Shown here one piece after another: positions 26,346-38,558 of a DNA stretch of 64,000 bases (within the stretch, counting starts at the first letter, position 1; the number at the start of each line of letters is the position of its first letter). The DNA comes from Ruditapes philippinarum. Taxonomy: Eukaryota. The position numbers and the translations under genes are program-made. The stretch is taken from assembly GCF_026571515.1 (NCBI RefSeq), contig NW_026852521.1, forward strand, positions 1-64,000, read 5' to 3'. Below the pieces are notes generated by a model, which was given only the letters and a program-made list of their open reading frames with translations, made no database searches and was not told the DNA's origin.

Positions 26346-27763
26346 AAATGGTTGGATTGACGGATGGATGAATTTATGGTACCATATGTATGCAGTCAAC
26401 CTTGTAAACACACACATGCACGTAAAAATTACACTTTCATAAAGCAATTACATGAACGCACAGACAAAAAATCATAAATACGCACAAAACACTCACATAC
26501 TACACGCACAGACAAATACACATGCATACGCACGCACACACACATACACATAAGTGCAAACACGCACGCACACGCACATACACACAAAAACATATACATA
26601 CATACGTCCGTCCGTCCGTCCATCCATCCATCCATATATTGAATACGGAAAAACATGTTGTTTTTTATCCTTAAAATCTGTTTTAATGTATAGTGCAATA
26701 GAAATAATAATCATTCTTAAAAATTATTTAAATTTTTATGTTTCAAATAAATAATTTTATATGTCAGACATCTCGGGTTACACAGCCATTTACTGCATGG
26801 CAACATATAATAGAAAACAAATAATAGAAATTAATAATAAAAATAATATAATTAGAAAGTATCATGAATAAAGTAATATTTTAAACGAGCAAAAAATTTA
26901 CTCTTTCCTAGTTACTGTAGCACAAAAGCGCTAAAAATTGTTTCTTTGAACGGCTTTCAGCGTTATTCATTCTTGCCGATGAATTGCTGTCGATGTTATC
27001 ATTAAAAAGAGGCGAACAGCTGATGACGTTACCAAAATTTTGATGACACTCAAACTTAAATACCTTATAACTTTAACAGAAAAGCTTTTTTGAAGGTATG
27101 GTTTGGAATATTTAATGACGAAATGTTGACCTTTACGAATCGTATGAAAAAAGGATTTGTTATCATGAGAAAATATAAGTTTTTGTGACTTTAAACTAAA
27201 AATACCGCATCTCATCGGATAGTGTGGTTATTTTCAGTCAAAGCACGTGAAGAAAAGCTTGCACAGGGCCAGAAATTTGTTAGCATGTCCCTTAGGATGT
27301 TGACTATGAATCCGTAACATTGATTTACTCAAACACAGTTGGGATATGTTAAAAATAGATGAATACTTACCGTACGTCAATTGTATTCCCCGCACCGACA
27401 TGTATATACTAGTACAGCTGTGGACGCTGGAACAGCTGTCTGCCCATTTGATTGTACGGTGTGAGTACTCCAACTTAAATTTACTAACATTCCTGAGGTT
27501 CTGTATAATGATATTTTACAGCTCTTGTAAAAAACTAATTGTTTTCCTCGATTGGACGTTTTTCTGTATAGGATGCACTATGCTCTAAGAAACTGTCATC
27601 TGGTCTGTGTCGCCAATATGCACACCGTATCACCGACACTAGTAATGACAGATTTCTGGAATGAAAACAGAAATCTAAAATTTAATACAGGTAGGTTATA
27701 AACGTGGTTGGTATATTTATATTACGCAAAGAAGGACAAATTCATTGCTATAGACATATTATC

Positions 27764-28101
27764 CAGGGTTTTTCCCCCAGGATTTTTGGGAACATCACCC
27801 ATACCCATGAAATTGGGAATTTCAGCGGTGTTTTGTTAAAAATTAGGAAAAAATGCATGACTGAAAGTTTACAGTGATTAAATAAATGCAAAGAATTACT
27901 GTCTAGGATGGCATCTTCAAACATTTAAGCACTATTACAAAGAAGAAGCCCTTATTTTCAAAGATTCTAGAATTTTTAATCAACATATTTATTTTGTAAC
28001 TTTCAATTGGGATTTTTTTCTGTGGATTGGGAAAATAATATACTATTTTCAATTGGGAATATGACCCAATAACGGCTATAAAATAAGCCAAACAATCCCT
28101 G
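27764..28101. mobile_element. Small hAT-like MITE (CAGGG...CCCTG) with an imperfect 5-bp TSD (ttatc/ttgtc)
   Basis: Terminal caggg/ccctg and repeated internal aattggga motifs. Confidence 0.55.
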
Positions 28102-28362
28102 TTGTCCATTGACTTTAGATACTATACGGTAATTTTGGACTCCTTTCACGATTTCATAAAATATTTTGAGCGAGTTAAAATAACATGAAAATGTTACATA
28201 TTCAAAATATGCATATTGGCAGACTGAAAATTGTAAAATAAAATTTATTTAAACTTTGAATAAGCTTAGAATATGAAAATAGATAAATAATGGGCGGAAC
28301 TAAACACAATGGAATATGGAAAGGAGATCAGAGGTATGAAAACTGCATATCACGGATATGAC

Positions 28363-31300
28363 CAGGGCTGGGAATCAAAACTGCGTCGTATCCTACAAAA
28401 TGTAAACAAACGCCGCCATCTTGGAACGAAAAATGTATGTTTTTGTTTATAACTCTTTTTGTTGGAAATGACTTAAATCCAGGTATATGTATTAACACGC
28501 TACACTATTTTCCGCTTCGTTCGGTATATGTTGCTTGCACAACTATTTTGTAAAACAAAAGTTATAGCGAACTTGCAACTCGAAGCGGGGCAGAATTTTT
28601 ATGAAAATGTGTGGATACAACGCAGTTCATATTGCTTTATCTATCGTTTTTTCCTTCAAATCATTTATATATTTGTTTCAGAGTTCACCATAAACTTCGA
28701 AATATAATTTTGCGTCATTTACAAAAAATTCATTAAAAAGAGATGTTTATTTTCTAAGAAAATAATGATTTTTACGAAATGATACGACGCAGTTGAAAAT
28801 AAAATATGATACGACGCAGTTGTATTTTTGACAGTCTTTTCAACAGGGATAATTTGGCAATATATTTCTTTTTTATGGAATAATCACTTGCGCTAGATAA
28901 AAAATCCCAGATCATTTTCGGTGTATAGCAATGCTCAGTTGCTTTTGATTATTTAGAATACATTGTGTCATGTCCAGTTGAAAGTTAACATTGCGGAAGC
29001 TACTTTTCAGTTAAACATGAGCATGTTGACTAATTGAACATGTTTACTAATTGATCATTATATCTGAAATAATTTCTTATATTTTCCTGTATGTTCATTA
29101 TTATCCCTTTTTTTTCGCAAAAAAAATTAAAATTATTAATTTTAAATTTCATTTTCTAGCTACCCTAATTAAGGGGGTTCGCATTTCTGTAAGCTTTTTT
29201 TTGGGTCTGTTTTTAAAAAACTTAAATCCACTTTAGCTTTACTAGGGGGGGACCCGGGTCGCTTTTAATTTTTTAAGCAAAATGTTCACCCAGAAAACCC
29301 ACACTTTTGAAACTAGTTTAAAAGGTTTTTCCACACAAAAAGAAAAAAAAGCCCCGGGTTTTTTCAATTCAACGTTCAGTTAAGTGTTTTAAATTTCAGT
29401 AAACTAAACACTGGGCCCTCGGTGGACACACCCCTGTCTGTTTTTTCAAAAAATTTTTTAACGTCAGCTGTACAAATAAGCAGCTTTTAATTTGTTTGGG
29501 TCGTCAGACCAAACAAATAATGGTAGCGAAATTTCAGACTCTGATGCTGTTAATTGCAAATGCCGAAAGTAGTCCGCATTTTTGAATTTGAAGCGGTTAC
29601 TTCTTTTTATATTTACACTAACGCCCAAAAATTCAGGGGAGATCACTGCGTAAAGATGGTCAAATGACAGGCGCAAAATAGTTCCCGAATGGTCGAAGAT
29701 TATTCTTTATCGATATACATGCTCATAGTAAGCTCCATAATTATTTACATCTGTGTTAACAGTTAGCGTCGAAATAATAATTAAGTGTTACAAACCCTAA
29801 TTTAGAATAATTTGGTTTTCTTCAGGCCGTTCACATATACATTCACCGTGACCGAGGGGTTTGTGCGCTCGCTTAGGAAGCGAGAGGTCTGGAGTTCAAA
29901 TCCCAGTTAAGGCAACTCATTTTCTTTTCAAATTGTTTAAGTGAAATAAACATTGAATTGAATATCAGTGTTGCTTATAGCCATTTTATTACAATTAAAA
30001 CGCTGGAAAGCATTGGTGGCACTATACAAAAACAAATTGGTTTATAATCTCACAGCCTGCACCTTTCTGACATTCTGAGACCCAAACAAATTCAGCGCCT
30101 TCTGTGCTTTGATTTATTAACTTCTGGCGTGAAGTTTTAAGATTATAAATATTTGAATTAATTATAAAGAGAATATCATTTAAATTTCTTATTTCGGTAT
30201 GACTAGCAGAGAATTTTTCAATGTAAACAGGGGGTACTGTAATCCTCTGTGAAGTCATTTTCTGAAAACGTTTGTTTAAGTTTTCAGTCAATTCATTATC
30301 AAATAAAAATCACACTTTAGTACGAAGGTATGCCATGTCTCTAGTCTTTTGAAAATTCGATGCGATAATCTGACCTAAATTTTCTGTTCAATATTGTGAA
30401 AACTTTATCAGTACTGTTGAAAGATCATGTCTGCCTATATCTGCATCAAATTTATCGGTGCACAGCGTAAAATAACCCACTTGCAAACATATTTTGTAGC
30501 TTAACCATTTATAATATAATTATTAAAATCTAATGTACAGTTTCAAATAATAAAGCTCATCTGTTCTCAACGATTATTAAAAAAATGATATACAATAAAT
30601 AGGCACGTAAAAGACATAAGTAATAACGGAATTGACGGAAATTATTGCTAATTACAAGTTACAAAGGTTGGCATGCAATTTGCGCATAGCTCTCTCCCGA
30701 TAGCGAGAGACCTTTTCAAAAAATTTGTAATTCTTTCTCTTTTTTTTTTTAAAGGTCATTCCTGATTAATACAGGGTCCAGGAGAGGTTACCCTGGTATA
30801 TTGAATTTTGTATCAAAAATAGTAATCACTCCCATTTCGAACTCACGGGAACAATTTTAGAAGCATGCTAAGACAACACTGGAAGACGTTGTCATATGGG
30901 TGTGCGGTCACGTGTTTCAATGTATATTGCATTTAATACAGCTTTTCGGAATTTGTAGATGCTTATGATAGGTACTAAAATGCGACCAAAAAATGCAGCC
31001 TTAATAGAATTGTATTATATTTCCATTTTTATGGAACCAATGAGTGACCTCTACTTTTGACTTAAGTTGTAAACAAGAAATGTTGTTGGATGTTATTAGC
31101 ATATCTAGCACATAATTTAAATAGTTTAACCAATTTGCAGCCTGCAATGAAAGTACAACTGCGTCGTATCATATTTTATTTTCAACTGCGTCGTATCATT
31201 TCGTAAAAATCATTATTTACTTGGAAAATAAACATCTCATTTTAATGAAAATTAAGTAAATGATGCAAAATTATGTTTTGAAGTTTATGGTGAACTCTGA

Positions 31301-31617
31301 AAACGAGTATATAATTGATTTGAAGGAAAAAACGATAGATAAAGCAATATGAACTGCGTATGTATTTACACATTTTCATAAAAATTCTGCCCCGCTTCGA
31401 GTTGCAAGTTCGCTATAACTTTTGTTTTACAAAATAGTTGTGCAAGCAACATATACCGAACGAAGCGGAAAATACTGTAGCGTGTTAATACATATATCTG
31501 GTTTTCAGTCATTTCCAACAAAAAGAGTTATAAACAAAAACATACATTTTTCGCTCCAAGATGGCGGCGTTTGTTTACATTTTGTAGGATACGACGCAGT
31601 TTTGATTCCCAGCCCTG
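28363..31617. mobile_element. Non-autonomous hAT-like DNA transposon with ~465-bp TIRs and a 5-bp TSD (ATGAC)
   Basis: cagggctgggaatcaaaactgcgtcgtatcc... (28363-~28825) is the reverse complement of ~31150-31617. ATGAC at 28358-28362 and 31618-31622. The motif gatacgacgcag is iterated within the TIRs. Confidence 0.85.
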
Positions 31618-32299
31618 ATGACGTCAAGAAGGAAAATTTAAAAGAGCAGGCCACATTAAGGAGTATTGGAACCCCCAAGTAGAAAAAGCCAAATATAAGA
31701 AAGAAAAAATACCATAAAGATGTACGTGTACACTACAATAATATCGTGCTGAACGATCTTCAAAGATCGAAAGTACTTGTACAACGAACGGGGCGATTTT
31801 ACGGCCTCTACATGACACAAATAACACTGTTAACGTTGTGACAATAAATAGAGAAAAACAGAATTCCTAAAGAAAGCCCATCATGTCAAAATTGAAAATG
31901 TTGCAGGCTCGGTTTGATTGAGCCTGTTCATGGACCGTAGTGGTAATTGCAAGCTACCGTCCACGCCCCCTACCACCGGCTTAACCAGAATACAACATTC
32001 AAACACGAATATATATAGTGATTGAAAGTTTGAATTTATAAAGATCTGCAGATGTGTTCATACGGCGGTTATCATAAACCACAAGTGAGAACTAACTTAC
32101 TCTCAAATAAAAGTTGCTAAATCCCGTTTACATGTCCTTAACCAAAAGGGACGAGGTTATCAATCAGACAAAGGTCCAACCTGTAGATTTCTGAGAGGGT
32201 CTCTGTCCTAGTTGTAAATTTCCTGGGAGGTCTTTTGTTCGTTTTGTCATGTTTAGATGGGCTGGGACGTCTTTCTTTCCATACTCCTCGCACTCTAGC

Positions 32300-32525
32300 A
32301 AAACAATATGCTCTGATCAAGAGAAGTAACCGCTGCGGGAAGTTTAATCTCCCTAATCTCGCTAAGTACGCCATTTGCAAAATAACTGAGTAACTTCCCT
32401 TTAACTTGAAAACGCCATTTGGCATCGCTAACAGATATACTAAAACCCGTGACGCCCGTGACGTCCGTGACGGCATCATCACGGAAAATATAATTTACTG
32501 TCACGGGTTATGTCACGGGTTTTGT
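32300..32525. promoter_or_regulatory. Putative CpG-rich promoter region
   Basis: Local CpG enrichment, two CGCCATTT (YY1-like) sites, GGAAGT (ETS-like) sites, and three tandem ccgtgac facing two inverted gtcacgg. Confidence 0.35.
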
Positions 32526-32817
32526 TATTTTGTTAAGTTAGATTATTTATTATTTATTACTTAACAGATCATTGTAAAAACGTGTAGCAAACAATTTGAC
32601 ATAAGACATCGATTTATATCTAATGCATTTAAACGATTTAATAAGTAATTATTTGAAAGAAATTGAATATCCTATGAATGAACATGCTAATACAAACTGA
32701 AATTAGAATTGTCACCTTACATAGGAAATATGTCCATTTAAATGTCACCACTGCCATGACGTTATCCAACTAGGAAGCAATATGGCTGTGCAATATTCAC
32801 CAAGGATACCAGTATCC

Positions 32818-33035
32818 CATACATGTGAACTCTCCCACTTTTAGCGGGAGACTACCACTTTCTGCAGCCATATTTTCAAAGAATTTTCTTAAAAGAAGGG
32901 GTATTTTTACAAATTCAAGAAATCTACCTATTTTTGATTTCAGAACTTCCTTCTTTGGTTATTGCAAATTCTAAAATCTCCCTCTTTTTGAAGAAAAATC
33001 TCCCACTTGATCATTGAAAAAAATTCACATGTTTG
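32818..33035 (+). mobile_element. 218-bp MITE with a 6-bp TSD (GTATCC)
   Basis: Termini catacatgtgaa and ttcacatgtttg, gtatcc on both sides, iterated ctccc motifs. Confidence 0.8.
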
Positions 33036-33611
33036 GTATCCAAATGTGATATGGTTGCACTTGATTAGTAAAATCAGTTTAAACAGATTTTTTACTAGTT
33101 TTATTTTGATTAATGATACTCTTTTATTTTGTTCTTTTATCTATCAATGCTGAATAAAAATCAATCTTTTAATCTAAAATCCTAATGCAACTTATTAACA
33201 TATTTGTATTAGGTGTAAATGTATATTTATAACATAGGGAAAAAACATTTTGTCTACCGTTGATGCATAAATTGTATTCCCCCAACATGTATAATAAGTT
33301 GCAATATGGCTGACAATAGATGGAAACATCAGTGATGAAATTTTAAATCAGTGTTCCAACCAATAAAGAAGTGATACTGTCACTGATTTTGAAACTGTCA
33401 GTTTGGTGATGAAATAAAAGTATATTTTTCATTGTATTGCACATATTTTGACATGAAATTCTTTACTTTTATAAATTTGATTTATGCTACGTCTTTTTGA
33501 TACAATCAGTTTAGACGTTGAAAAAAGCCTCGATAATATCAAATGTAAAATGTCACAATGATAAATATAAAATGTTAAATAACTTTTTTCACGGCTAATT
33601 ATTTGGACTAG

Positions 33612-34005
33612 TGTCACAGGGTGAGAAAAATGTGCAGCCTGACCGGGACTCGAACCCGGGGCCCTCGGAATACCGTTCCATGGCTCTACCGACTGAGCTA
33701 TCCGGCCTCTTACACATCTTCTCCCCTAAATAGTGAAACATTCTGAAACGTGACATACTTCACTACAATATTGAAATTCGTCCTCGAATTTCACAAAGCT
33801 ACAAAGCAATGCTAATTGAACTCTGAGCTACAGGCAGTCCCGGTCTCCTGTTGGGCGCCAAATGTCACAGGGTGAGAAAAATGTGCAGCCTGACCGGGAC
33901 TCGAACCCGGACCCTCGGAATACTGTTCTGCCACTCTACCGACTGAGCTATCCGGCCGCTTACGCATCTTCTCCCCTAAATAGTGAAAAGTTCTGAACCG
34001 TGACA
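33612..34005 (-). mobile_element. 394-bp non-autonomous LTR element (TRIM) with tRNA-derived LTRs at 33863-34005 and 33612-33755
   Basis: Both repeats are bounded by TGTCAC...GTGACA with a 4-bp TSD CTAG. The minus-strand PBS TGGCGCCCAACAGGAGAC (33843-33860) lies 2 nt after the 5' LTR and matches tRNA-Lys. Each LTR contains GCCGGATAGCTCAGTCGGTAGAG...GGTTCGAGTCCC. Confidence 0.9.
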
Positions 34006-34051
34006 CTAGTATTTGCATAAGAGTAGATCTTCATGTAAATTAATATAGATA

Positions 34052-35059
34052 CGAGGGTTGTCAAAAAAATTCGTGCACTGCAGTTATTGTCGTGTGAGTT
34101 ATTGATAGAAAAACATTAATTATATATCACTTGAAGGGGAGATATATCTTAAATAAGAGAACAAAAGAAAAAAATATGTAACCGGCATGTCCTGAAAACG
34201 AATCGTCATACAGTTACCTTGGTAACGTAATACCGGCGCATGACAAAAAATTGGGTTAGTTCATTACTTTGATGCATCACGGTATTCTTTAAACACTACC
34301 TATTAACGTTAAAATTCACGGAAAAGTGTGTGTACGTATTCCTAACGTCACTAAAAAATATGGCGTCATTTGCCGTATTGTAACAGTCGTAAACAAACAT
34401 TTGTGTGCGGTCATCAATACTGTAATTACATGAAAATGTCAGTCGCTAAACGTCTGGAAATACGGACGATCATTAAATTTGGTGCAAATATTGGTAAATC
34501 ACCAACAGATACCTACAAAGAACTAAAAATGGCAAGCGGGATAAGTTCAGTGTCACGAAGGCTGGTTTTTAAATGGCACAAACGCTCTGTGGAAGAGAAA
34601 GAGAGTCGGTAGACGAAGACAACCAGTCAGGCAGACGTCCGTCCATAATGCCGGCGCATGTGACGAGGGTTGTCCAATATATTCCTGCACTGGTGGAATA
34701 TGCTACATGTACGTTGCATAAAAAAAACAATAAAAACTACACAATACTTTTCATCAATCATTCCTCTATTGACAGTAAAACAAATTATAACATAAAAAGC
34801 AAATACCACTTTATATTTACAAGATACAAACAGTACAATTACAGTAATGAACTAACCCAATTTTTTGTCTTGCGCCGGTATTACGTTACTAAGGTAACGC
34901 AATGACCTTTCTTTTACACGACACGCCGGTTACTCGGCTTTTTCTTTTGTTTTCTTATTTGAGTCAGATTTCTCTTTCAAGTGATATATAATTCATTTGT
35001 TTTTATTAATAACTCTCACGACAATAACTGCAGTGCACGAATTTTTTGGACAACCCTCG
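34052..35059 (+). mobile_element. Internally deleted mariner element with a transposase N-terminal HTH remnant (~34430-34650)
   Basis: TA-flanked TIRs cgagggttgtc... / ...gacaaccctcg with extended ~200-bp inverted homology. The peptide RTIIKF..GKSPTDTYKEL..SVSRRLVFKWHKR..RESVDED..SGR is a Mos1-type HTH. Confidence 0.9.
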
Positions 35060-35694
35060 TAGCACTTTATAGTTTTTAAATGAAGATGTCGTCTTGAAGA
35101 GATTTGTGATATTTTATCTTGTCACATATTGATTACTATAACACAACATTTTACATCACCACTCAGAGTAGAAGTCGTGGGACGAACTCAATATAGTCAT
35201 CTAACTAGCTTACAGTAGATCTAAAAAATAATACCTAATATAAGTCATTCAAAAGTGGAATTTGTATCAATATGTTGCGACAACAATTTTTTTTTTGTTA
35301 AATATTATTTAGTAATAGATTTACTGCTTATTATAGATTTTATGGCATGATTAATTTATAATTGTAAACATTTTATATTTCAGGTAAAAAGTTTTAATCT
35401 GTTCAGACTATGAGTTTTTAATGTAAAGCATGAAATTGTGAAGTTTAGTGTCATTCATTAACCAACAACTGCGGAAATATGCATCGATGTACTGTTCAAG
35501 CTGGTGCAGAAATAAACAATTTCACCTGTCCTCATGTAATAACGAGTAGAATTAAAAAGAACTTAATGCAGGATGAGTAGAAAAATTTTGCTTGCAAATT
35601 GGATTTAGAACCAACCTGCCCTGTAGGATGAGTGACTCTAAAAAATATTTTGTGATTCCTGTGGTGTTTAGATCTATCATCATGAAGGAATTAA

Positions 35695-35912
35695 CATATA
35701 TGTAATGTTTTTTTGATGATCAAGTGGGAGATTTTTCTACAAAAAGAGGGAGATATTTGAATTTGCAATAAACAAAGAAGAAAGCTCTGACATCAAAAAG
35801 AGGGAGATTTCTTTAATTTGTGAAAATACCCCTTATTTTGAGAAAAATCTTTGAAAATATGGCTGCAGAAAGTGGGCGTCTCCCACTAAAAGTAGGAGAG
35901 TTCACATGTATG
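35695..35912 (-). mobile_element. Second copy of the 218-bp MITE, in opposite orientation, with TSD aattaa/aattat
   Basis: Reverse complement of 32818-33035. Confidence 0.8.
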
Positions 35913-37189
35913 AATTATTAAATCAGATCACATCACAGCATGGATTTATTTGTTATGTGAAGTGTTCATTTTGATGTGTACTGTTTGTACATATGTCAGT
36001 TGTTGTTTGTTTCCATGACGTCTGTTATCCTCTGTACAAGCTGGCATTTAGATCTATCATCATGAAGGAATTAATGAAAGTGCTGATGGAAATAAGGAAT
36101 AGTTGGTTTTTCAACAAAATGACATTCTCAGCTAATAAGCTGATAACATTGTTTCAATACAAATACTGGACAACTGGTCACTTATTAGTAAGTAACGTGA
36201 ATATGATTTAAATTGAATTATGTATATATGAAATATGGAAGTTAAGATATTTAATCGTAACAGGTACTTTTTGTATAAAAACAATTAATGAAATTGACTG
36301 AAAATCAACATATAAAACCACTCAAGGGCTATAATTTGGTGAAATAAGTGCTTTGAAAAGTGTTTAAGTCCAATACTGTAATATCTATATGCATTTTTCT
36401 GGGAGGGTTTGTCTAAAAGTGATGATTAGAATCTAAGTGACATATGTGCTTCTCAAAGCCACAGTCTAAATCTTTAAATGAAACTCTGAAATTTGACTCA
36501 AATGTGTTGGGTTGTTTATTTTAATAACGATACCTACTGATACAATCATTGAAATTTGATATTGTTTATGAATGGGTTTTTGCTTTTGTGTTATCCGTAT
36601 TGTTGCCCAAAATATATCACATTAGCCAAATTATGTGTAAATATGATTCATAAAACTGTTTTTTGTGCTGCTGTTTGTTTCAGTCAACAGTGTATTTGTA
36701 TCACATCAATATATTATTATTATTGTTTTCCAGTTGTTTATCATCATGAAAGCTGTGGGACACGAGAAAAGATCAAGTGTCATGGTCAAATTGTAGATCG
36801 ATGCTTTTGCTATTGAGCCACGTGGGAGGATTGTATTTTGGCTGAAACATGGCCCTATGTCAGCTTAGATAATTCCTGGTTAAAGTTTTGTGTGCAGCAG
36901 TAATCTTCAAAACAACAAGGTATTCACTTTAAACTTTATACAAGTCATTAGAGATCAATATCTTAGGTAGATAATGCTGATATAGGATTTCACAGATTAA
37001 TTGGGCTTTGTGAGGTTTCAATTTTCTTGTTTAATTTTCAAGTGCAACATTAAACTTTAAAATTGGTGATATTCATTTAAAATTTGACATGTCTTAGGGA
37101 TTATAAGTGAAGGTAACTTCAAAGTGCAGCAATTCAGGATTTTATGATGAAGTAATTGGCCTTTGTGAACTTGCAATATTGTTAGGTCA

Positions 37190-37481
37190 CTATCCAAGGT
37201 CTCAGGAATGAGCTTTTGTGATGGCAGTGTGTCCTTTGTCTGTTGTTTGTCATTGTCTACAATTTCTTTAAACAACATCTCCTAAACCAGTTGATAGATT
37301 TTGGCCAAACTTTACAGGAATGATCCTCAGGTGGACCTCTACAAAAGTTATATGAACGGTTCCAGTCTAATGCATATAGATGCAATAAGTTTTTTAATTT
37401 TTTTCTTCACAGCGTAACCTTTTACCCGTTTCTAACATTAATCTCAGGTGAGGGATCTAGGGTCATCATGGTCCTCTTGTT
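37190..37481 (+). mobile_element. Short degenerate HINE-type element
   Basis: gagcttttgtgat...aaacttta...caggtgagggatctagggtcatcatggtcctcttgtt resembles the ends of the 59661-61012 element. Confidence 0.6.
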
Positions 37482-38185
37482 AAAATGAAATCTTCCTCCT
37501 TTTTTATTCCATCATTATTTACTTTTAAGCTTTTTTTATGATTTTGAGCATTATATTAGGACATGTTAATCACTCATTGCACAATTTTATATAAATGATC
37601 AGTGAAATATTCAGATAATGACTACATGTAGGATTATATATGTTATACATTTAGAAATATATTTTTTCTATAATTTGAAAAAAAAAACACCAAAGAACAA
37701 AAGAAGCTACAACCCTAAAATTCAATAACTGTCCATAAATCCACTAATGATTTAAATAATTAATGGAAATGTAATGAGTGAAAAAATATTATGAATTTTG
37801 TATAAACAAAACATTTGTTTTGAATGTGCAAATTTGTGAAGATCAGACTGCTGTATTAACCTCAAGGCTACTGTTAATCAGCCTCAGGTCAATATTGTAA
37901 AACAATTTATACATAATGTCATAGTGAAATATGTAACAGATGTCTATAGTGACTCTGAATGAAACAATCATTTCCAAGTGTTAACGGGTATTCTAAAGTT
38001 CTTTTATTTATATAAATATATGTACATACATGTGTTTCATAAGTTTAGTGAGATAACTGTACATAAGCTATAATTTTACCAAGAATAATTTTAAGATCAA
38101 TACTATTACATGTTACAAAAGAGGCTGCCAGTAACCAAAGTCTTTATTTCCTCTCTAATAATTTCTCATTAAGATTATTGTAATG

Positions 38186-38558
38186 ATAACACTAAGGGCA
38201 AGCTAGGTAACACTGAGGGCAAGCTAGGTAACACTGAGGGCAAGCTAGGTAACACTGAGGGCAACCTAGGTAATACTGAGGGCAAGCTAGGTAACACTGA
38301 GGGCAAGCTAGGTAATACTGAGGGCAAGGTAGGTAACACTGAGGGCAAGCTAGGTAATACTAAGGGCAAGCTAGGTAACACCGAGGGCAAGCTAGGTAAT
38401 ACTGAGGGCAAGCTAGGTAACACCAAGGGCAAGCTAGGTAATACTGAGGCAAGCTAGGTAATACTGAGGGCAAGCTAGGTAACACCGAGGACAAGCTAGG
38501 TAACACCAAGGGCAAGCTAGGTAATACTGAGGCAAGCTAGGTAACACTTAGGGCAAGG
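38186..38558. repeat. 21-bp minisatellite (gagggcaagctaggtaa(c/t)act), about 17-18 copies
   Basis: Direct reading. It accounts for the spurious (PSVLPSL)n ORF on the minus strand. Confidence 0.95.

Larger units (their letters stand above)
24200..27463. mobile_element. Foldback DNA transposon with ~1-1.3-kb inverted arms (24200-~25472 and ~26510-27463), CACACCG termini and a 5-bp TSD (AGTAC)
   Basis: The arms are reverse complements through to the (GT/GC) microsatellite. AGTAC at 24195-24199 and 27464-27468. No transposase ORF was seen. Confidence 0.85.

Noticed and set aside
26429-26754. Overlapping Cys/Val- and His/Thr-rich ORFs
   Set aside because: Translations of (CA)n/(CGTC)n microsatellites in the foldback arm.
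32125-32160. Minus-strand ctcgtcccttttggttaag resembling the U2 snRNA 5' end
   Set aside because: Similarity is limited to ~19 nt; the branch-point recognition sequence GTAGTA and the rest of U2 are absent.
32138-32482. 114-aa minus-strand ORF
   Set aside because: No recognisable domain; explained by locally higher GC content.
33635-33956. Two apparent tRNA genes
   Set aside because: The anticodon arms are non-canonical and differ between copies, and both lie inside LTRs with a PBS and TSD.
33325-36495. C/D-box-like pairs (gtgatga...ctga) at ~33332-33386 and ~36419-36489
   Set aside because: Short motifs are expected by chance in AT-rich DNA, and no recognisable rRNA antisense element or convincing terminal stem was found.
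38175-38432. ORF with (PSVLPSL)n repeats
   Set aside because: It is the translation of a 21-bp minisatellite; 20-bp units break the frame and there is no exon context.
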